A stretch of DNA of 64,000 nt, from assembly GCA_963807605.1 (NCBI GenBank), contig CAWECG010000001.1, positions 256,001-320,000 of the forward strand. The letters are read 5' to 3'. The notes beneath the pieces are model-generated. The model was not told the origin of the DNA. It ran no database searches and saw only the letters and a list, made by a program, of their open reading frames with translations. The stretch is from Candidatus Bathyarchaeota archaeon (lineage in GTDB: Archaea; Thermoproteota; Bathyarchaeia; 40CM-2-53-6; RBG-13-38-9). This document shows, piece by piece, positions 58,553-64,000 of this stretch (the stretch's first letter is position 1; every line of letters starts with the position of its first letter). Position numbers and translations under genes: made by a program.

Positions 58553-59428
58553 TTGGCGCACTTGTCGGATTACTGGCGACTTACTAAGCCGAGAGTGACC
58601 TTAGCGATCTTTCTTCTCTTCTTCATGGCCGTCTTGGCAAGCGGTGTTGGAGGAAGCTGGCTCTCTAAGATTGACCGAATATGGAAATTGACCCTCGGCT
58701 CAGTAATCGTCCTTACTTCAGTGGTCGGGTCAAATTCACTCAATAATCGCCTAGATTTCGATGTAGATAAATTGATGGGAAGAACCAGAGACCGAGAGAT
58801 TCCTTCTGGAAGAATATCGACCAGAGCTGCCCAATGTTTTGGTCTCACATTTCTCCTTTTGTCCCTGATATTGGCTCTTGCTTCAGACTATTACTTTCCT
58901 CTTTTACTTATTGTAGGCTTGTCAAGCTACCTGATGTTATATACTCTCGCCCTTAAGAGACACAGCATTCTGAGTGTTTTAGGAACCTGCCCAGCCGTGG
59001 CCTCACCAGTCTGGATCGGCTGGATTGTTGGCAGAGGTTACCTCGATATGGCTGGTTTCTTGACGGGCGTCCTAGTTATGGTTTGGGGCCCTCTTCATCT
59101 TTGGAGTTTGGCGACAGTCTTCCATGAAGACTATAGGCGGGCAGCTATTCCCATGTTGCCCGCGGTTGTGGGCGTAGCTAAGTCATGCCGCTATCTTGTG
59201 GCTCTTGCAGTAATCCTATCGACAGCTTCTCTATCTTTGTATTTCTTGGGTTATTATGGGGTTACCTACTTTGGAGGGATGATCTTGCTGAATTCGCTGC
59301 TCCTCGCTGTTGCAGTTGCAACGGTTGTTAGACCTTCTGGAAGGTGGAATTGGATTATGTATAAGATTTCAGCACCATACATGATTTTAGCGCTATTATT
59401 TGCAGCGACAGATAGAGTCTTCGGCTAA
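58553..59428 (+). CDS. cyoE: Protoheme IX farnesyltransferase (heme O synthase; UbiA family)
   Basis: LTKPR, N...D.DVD..M.RT..R..P.G, YT..LKR, W.P.H.W and DY.RA.IPMLP. Confidence 0.88.
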   Translation: MAHLSDYWRLTKPRVTLAIFLLFFMAVLASGVGGSWLSKIDRIWKLTLGSVIVLTSVVGSNSLNNRLDFDVDKLMGRTRDREIPSGRISTRAAQCFGLTFLLLSLILALASDYYFPLLLIVGLSSYLMLYTLALKRHSILSVLGTCPAVASPVWIGWIVGRGYLDMAGFLTGVLVMVWGPLHLWSLATVFHEDYRRAAIPMLPAVVGVAKSCRYLVALAVILSTASLSLYFLGYYGVTYFGGMILLNSLLLAVAVATVVRPSGRWNWIMYKISAPYMILALLFAATDRVFG

Positions 59429-59501
59429 TCCCTGCAGAAGTTTCGAAGAGACACAGTTGTTCCATTCATTTCTAGTCACGTGCTCGGTTTGAGTGCGGTA
59501 T

Positions 59502-60869
59502 CTAACAATTTACTAGTTGTCTCTTTCTACGAAGCTTAGGTGTTGATATAGTAATCATGAGTACAGCGGTCACCGCAACCAGAAAGATTCCTGAAGTAGA
59601 ATGTTCGCTGAACTCAGGTATTGTCTGACTGCCAGCTACGACAACCTTGTGCGTGGTCAAGGTTGTTGTGAAGTTCACAGCGGTTATCGTGAAGTTCACA
59701 GCGAATGCAGTTTGGTTTTCAGATACTAAGGGTGTCGTCTCAACCCCGTCTACTAGGACGATCGGACTTCCTTTGAGAAACCTCTTCTCGATGTTGACTC
59801 CAATGGAAACGGAGGTTCCCCTGCCAATTATGGAGAAATTCAGTTGACTTCTTGCATCGTCGTAAATGACGGCGAATACTGAAGAGTTACTTGCTATTGC
59901 GATTGAGGAGTTGTAATGTATTGTGCCTGTAAAGAGTTCTGGGTGTATTATGGAAGCCAAGTCTTCGAGCCCATCGTAGGCTCTGGGTCCTTGGCGATCT
60001 ATCAGATTCTCATCTATAGTGTATATTTTGCCTTCTTCAACAGCCGTTATGGTGCCCCAGCCAGCTCTTTTCTCAAAGTCTGTTTTTGAAACGCCGCCCA
60101 TGTAACCTACTGGAACCACAATTATGTCTGGATCCTTCTGTATGACCATCTCGCTGTCGACAGTAGGATACATTGTTGTGTTATCATGAAAGATGTTTGT
60201 TCCACCTGCTTTTGTTATGAGCTCATCTCCAAGAGAGTTTGAGCCAAAACTCATCAGTGGGTCGTACCATAGCTCATAGTAGAGCTTTGGTTTAACACTC
60301 GTGCTAGCGATTCTTTCTGAGATATAACTGGCCCTGTCCTGCAGGTTTTCCACAAGTCTGTTTGCTTCGGAGACGTTGCCACATATGGTGCCAACAAGCG
60401 CCAAGTCACGGGTGATGTCATTCAGTGTCTTAGGGTTAAGAGCCACCACAACAACCCCTTTGTTCTGAAGGGCAGACACAAATTCATATTGGAGGTCTGT
60501 TGCGGCAAGGACCAGATCTGGATTGAGTGCGACAACCCCTTCAAGGCTCGGGTTGGCGTAGCCGCCGATTACAGCTATTTCTCCTGTCTTGACCTTCTGG
60601 GGAACTACAGGGGGATAGTCGGAATAGTTGTCTACCCCGACAACCTGATTTCCCGCACCGATTGCAAAAAGGATCTCTGTGTTGCTTGGAGCTGTAGAGA
60701 CTATACGTGCAGGAGGAGCTTTTATGGTGACGTTTCTTCCAAAATCGTCTATTACCGACAGTGGGAATCCACCGTCAGCATGCGCTGTCGATACGGTCAG
60801 AAGTGGAACTGGCACAGTTAAAATCAAAAGAACGACGAGTTTGAGGGCAAGCATGGATGGAGTATCCAT
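59502..60869 (-). CDS. BtuF-like (cobalamin/Fe-complex) ABC substrate-binding protein with PEF-CTERM-type sorting signal
   Basis: RIVS.APSNTEILFA.G, E.VVAL.PDLV and R.GPR; C-terminal IPEF + TM + basic tail. Confidence 0.85.
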   Translation of the reverse strand: MDTPSMLALKLVVLLILTVPVPLLTVSTAHADGGFPLSVIDDFGRNVTIKAPPARIVSTAPSNTEILFAIGAGNQVVGVDNYSDYPPVVPQKVKTGEIAVIGGYANPSLEGVVALNPDLVLAATDLQYEFVSALQNKGVVVVALNPKTLNDITRDLALVGTICGNVSEANRLVENLQDRASYISERIASTSVKPKLYYELWYDPLMSFGSNSLGDELITKAGGTNIFHDNTTMYPTVDSEMVIQKDPDIIVVPVGYMGGVSKTDFEKRAGWGTITAVEEGKIYTIDENLIDRQGPRAYDGLEDLASIIHPELFTGTIHYNSSIAIASNSSVFAVIYDDARSQLNFSIIGRGTSVSIGVNIEKRFLKGSPIVLVDGVETTPLVSENQTAFAVNFTITAVNFTTTLTTHKVVVAGSQTIPEFSEHSTSGIFLVAVTAVLMITISTPKLRRKRQLVNC

Positions 60870-60976
60870 CCATCAACTTATTTAAGTTGAACGTGCCCCT
60901 CCAAATTCAACCTAGGCCTTCTCGTATTCAAGTTGTTAAGCTGCAAGAGTGTGTTCTGATTTACCTTTACACATTT

Positions 60977-62629
60977 TTAGATTTCTGATTTCATCCTTAA
61001 CTTTCGATGGTACGTTATGGCGAATCTGTGAGCTTCGTCCCTGATTCTCTGAATGAGATAGAGTCCTTCGGTGTCTTTTGGAAGCTCGACTGGCGTAGGT
61101 TTGTTTTGCAAGTATACTTGTTCCATCCTTTTTGCTAATCCTGCGAGTGGAAGGTCGAGACCTAGTCTGGTCATCGATCTTTGTGCTGCACTCACTTGTG
61201 TCGTTCCGCCGTCAACGATGATGAGGTCTGGGAGGGGGGACTTTTCTTCCAGTAATCGTCTGTATCTTCGATAAACGAGTTCACCGATCATATGAGGGTC
61301 GTCTTGCCCCACGACGGTCTTTATCTTGAACCTTCTGTATTCACTCTTGAGAGGTTCGCCGTTCTGGAAGACGACTAGGGATCCTACTGAGCTTTTGCCA
61401 CCTAGGGTTGAGACGTCGAAGCACTCTATGAGCCTTGGAGCAGTTTCCAAGGCTAATGCCTGCTGCAATTCTTGGATGCCTTTGAGAGTCCTCTTCTTCC
61501 GACCTAACAACTCCTCAAGGTGGGCTTGCGCGTTCTCGACAGCCATTTTGAGAAGCAGCCGCTTCTGTCCCCTTACGCGGTTCACTATAACCGTCTTTGA
61601 CTTGAACCGTTCTAGAAGCCATTCTTGAATGGTTGATACATCTTGAAGTCTGGTTGGGATAATTATTTCTGGCGGCGAAAGGATCCTTTTGGCATAGTAT
61701 TGTTTGATGAAGGAATCTACAATCTCGCTTTTCTCAGCGTCCTGTGAGTTCAACTCATAGGACTCGGAAGAGACTAGTTTACCTGCTTTTACTTGAAGGA
61801 CTTGAACGCAGGCTTCTGACTGAGTCTTTGCAATACCTAGAACATCTAAATCGACAGGTTTGGGGAAGACGACGGCTGTCCCTGCAAGAGTCTTCTCCAA
61901 AGCAGCTAGTCGATCTCTTATTCGTCCCGCTTTCTCATATTCAAGGACCGTTGAAGCTTCTAGCATCTCCTTTTGGAGCTTTCTGATCACCTCGTCGGTC
62001 TTGCCGTCCATGACCAGCAGGAGAGCTTTAACTCGTTCGTTATACTCCTCTTTTGAGATGAGGCCGGCGCATATCCCGCTGCATAGTCCCATCTGATAAT
62101 AGGTGCAGGGACGGCGTCTGGGCCTCTTAGGGTCAAACTTGCAGGCCTTAAGAGGGAAGAGTCTTCTCAGCGTAGTCAGGGACTGACGCATAGCAGCGAC
62201 ATCGGCGTAGGGTCCGTAGTATCGATTATTATCCTTCTTCGGCCGCCGAACGATCGACAGAGTCGGATATTCTTCTTCTAAGCTGAGCTTCAGGTAGGGA
62301 TAGGTTTTGTCGTCTCTTAGGCGAATGTTGTACTTGGGTCTGTACTGTTTGATGAGAATGTTCTCCTCGACGAGAGCCTCTACTTCTGAGCCTGTGATGA
62401 TGTAGTCAATCTTCTTTGTCTCATTCAGAATTAGGGATTCGCGTTGGTTGGTTCTTGATGCCTGGAGGTGATTCTTCACCCTTTCTTTGATGTTGGAGGC
62501 TTTTCCAACATAGAGGACCTCGGAGTTCTTCATAATGTATACTCCGATTTTCTCAGGTAGAGCTTCGACCTGAGCCTCGAAACTAAGGTCAGACATCCCT
62601 TTAGAAACCAACCTTAAAACCAAAATCAT
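60977..62629 (-). CDS. uvrC: Excinuclease ABC subunit C
   Basis: GIY-YIG (GVY..YVGKA), YNI.LRDDKTYPY, ECFDVS, DGG..Q and RDEAHRFA. Confidence 0.95.
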   Translation of the reverse strand: MILVLRLVSKGMSDLSFEAQVEALPEKIGVYIMKNSEVLYVGKASNIKERVKNHLQASRTNQRESLILNETKKIDYIITGSEVEALVEENILIKQYRPKYNIRLRDDKTYPYLKLSLEEEYPTLSIVRRPKKDNNRYYGPYADVAAMRQSLTTLRRLFPLKACKFDPKRPRRRPCTYYQMGLCSGICAGLISKEEYNERVKALLLVMDGKTDEVIRKLQKEMLEASTVLEYEKAGRIRDRLAALEKTLAGTAVVFPKPVDLDVLGIAKTQSEACVQVLQVKAGKLVSSESYELNSQDAEKSEIVDSFIKQYYAKRILSPPEIIIPTRLQDVSTIQEWLLERFKSKTVIVNRVRGQKRLLLKMAVENAQAHLEELLGRKKRTLKGIQELQQALALETAPRLIECFDVSTLGGKSSVGSLVVFQNGEPLKSEYRRFKIKTVVGQDDPHMIGELVYRRYRRLLEEKSPLPDLIIVDGGTTQVSAAQRSMTRLGLDLPLAGLAKRMEQVYLQNKPTPVELPKDTEGLYLIQRIRDEAHRFAITYHRKLRMKSEI

Positions 62630-62751
62630 GATTATGTTGTCTTGTCTTTAGGAGTCTTGACCAACTCTCTGAAACATAGACTTACTAATGTCAACATTTC
62701 CTTCTCAGATAGCCCTTGAAAACAATCAAAAGACACCGGTGGTCTTCTGAA

Positions 62752-63312
62752 TTAGTCTGCTAGAAGTTCGTCTGTTCTAGGCTGCTGTATTTTCAACACC
62801 TCCAGACTCTTCAGAGTCGCCTTATGATTCTCCTGCGATGGCGACGAACATGTGTCTGGAGGCACGACAACCTCGTAGCCGAGCTCAAAGGCATCCAGAA
62901 CTGTTTTCAATAAACAGGCTTCTGTACGAATCCCTGTGATTATCAGCCTGCCAATTCTTTTCTCTCGCAGAGTAAAGTCCAAATCCGTGGCATAGAAGGC
63001 GCTCAACATCCTCTTCTCAACTATTACGTCCCCAGGGCGGTTTTTGAGCTCCTCTATGACTTGGGCACCTTCTGTTCCACGTATCGTGTGTGGCGGTATG
63101 CCTAACCGATTGAAGAGCTTATCTTCAACATATCTACTGTCGCAGGCGTAGAATATTGGAGTGCCTTTTCTTCTAGCCCACTCAATTAGGAGGCTGATCT
63201 TTGGTATTATTGGGATGGAGAACCTTCCGACGTTATCTTTCTGCATATCGACTATTATTACGGCTTCTTTCTTTGGTTCCATAGCGAACAGGTCCAGCTG
63301 GGGAAGGGCCAC
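62752..63312 (-). CDS. Isochorismatase-family cysteine hydrolase
   Basis: IVDMQ, EK..SAF..TDLD and GIRTEAC. Confidence 0.88.
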   Translation of the reverse strand: MALPQLDLFAMEPKKEAVIIVDMQKDNVGRFSIPIIPKISLLIEWARRKGTPIFYACDSRYVEDKLFNRLGIPPHTIRGTEGAQVIEELKNRPGDVIVEKRMLSAFYATDLDFTLREKRIGRLIITGIRTEACLLKTVLDAFELGYEVVVPPDTCSSPSQENHKATLKSLEVLKIQQPRTDELLAD

Positions 63313-63367
63313 TCTTCTACAGGCGATCTTTGATGGTAGCGGAACCGTATAAAGCCTGGGTCTTCAT

Positions 63368-63802
63368 CTACAGAATGTAAAAACTGATGTATACAACTAG
63401 TCCTAGCAAAAATGCCAAAGCCCAGATTGCGAAGGTTGTTCGCATAAGATACTTTACGTTTGTTCCCATTTTGGAGCCGCAGGGTCGCAGAGCAGCGACC
63501 AGGGAGATACCGAGTATCTCACCAGTTATTCCGAAGATAGGATGCAGGATTGTTATTTCGCTTCGTGGTTGTGCTATGGTTGATGCTAAGAAACTGAAAC
63601 TTGAAAAAAGTCGGGGGGCCATGATAAGCAGTATCGACAATGCATTGAGTATGATTGCCAAGCCCATTATTTTGCCGTGAACCCTGTACTGCATCTTTCG
63701 TTTGGCGTAATACGCTCCGGTAAAGAGGATGATGATGATTACTATTTGGAGAATAAGATTCAGATCGTAAACGAACCCGGCCCTGGTACCTAGAATCGAC
63801 AT
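63368..63802 (-). CDS. Four-TM membrane protein (DUF420-like)
   Basis: Four hydrophobic helices with His residues (HG.IM, LHP). Confidence 0.6.
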   Translation of the reverse strand: MSILGTRAGFVYDLNLILQIVIIIILFTGAYYAKRKMQYRVHGKIMGLAIILNALSILLIMAPRLFSSFSFLASTIAQPRSEITILHPIFGITGEILGISLVAALRPCGSKMGTNVKYLMRTTFAIWALAFLLGLVVYISFYIL

Positions 63803-63901
63803 TCAGGTTACAATATAGTTTCTGTGCATTGAGTCTTTTATGACTTGTCGTGAGTCCGAACGGTTTCCCTCCGTATCTGCAACTGATCTTTTGAGGGATC
63901 G

Positions 63902-64000
63902 TTATTCTGAACTGATCTTTCCACCACAGAACCTTAGAATGTAGCTTGTTGCTACCTCTCCAGCCTCTTCGAGGATGTCGGGTTCTATTCCGGGCACACC
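63902..64000 (-). CDS. C-terminal fragment of a probable B3/B4 (PheT-like) domain protein
   Basis: GVPGIEPDILEEAGEVATSYILRFCGGKISSE*; truncated by the window end. Confidence 0.45.
   Translation of the reverse strand, partial: GVPGIEPDILEEAGEVATSYILRFCGGKISSE

Noticed and set aside
60870-60976. Cobalamin riboswitch upstream of the BtuF-like gene
   Set aside because: The region is short and lacks the B12-box and other conserved elements.

Overview
Archaeal chromosomal segment, most consistent with a TACK lineage such as Bathyarchaeia (inferred from the crenarchaeal-type SSB, multi-intron tRNAs, form III RuBisCO, thermosome, aRF1, GatCAB with AspRS and an MtaA/MtaC-like pair). The standout is a compact minus-strand ubiquitination locus (19.7-24.5 kb). 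It encodes a eukaryote-like ubiquitin protein ending in Gly-Gly, a canonical E2 and an E1 with an extra N-terminal ubiquitin-like domain. No RING or HECT E3 is visible. Instead there are two paralogous zinc-ribbon + B-box proteins, one membrane-anchored with a Met/Gly/Pro repeat, plus an Ig-like single-pass membrane protein. An Rpn11-like JAMM isopeptidase lies about 14 kb upstream in an HtpX/SPFH membrane-stress cluster, and an AN1-zinc-finger/site-2-protease fusion is nearby, which suggests a membrane protein quality-control system. A second notable region (45.5-59.4 kb) combines a Tat-exported group 1 [NiFe]-hydrogenase, HdrED-like and NrfCD-like subunits, ccmABCDE without ccmF, and prenyl/heme-modifying enzymes. 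Also present: a complete AMP/pentose-bisphosphate pathway with RuBisCO, three tRNAs (one with three introns, one with two), a tyrosine integrase with possible cargo genes, two candidate structured RNAs, and housekeeping genes. All calls come from motif recognition by eye; no database searches were run.
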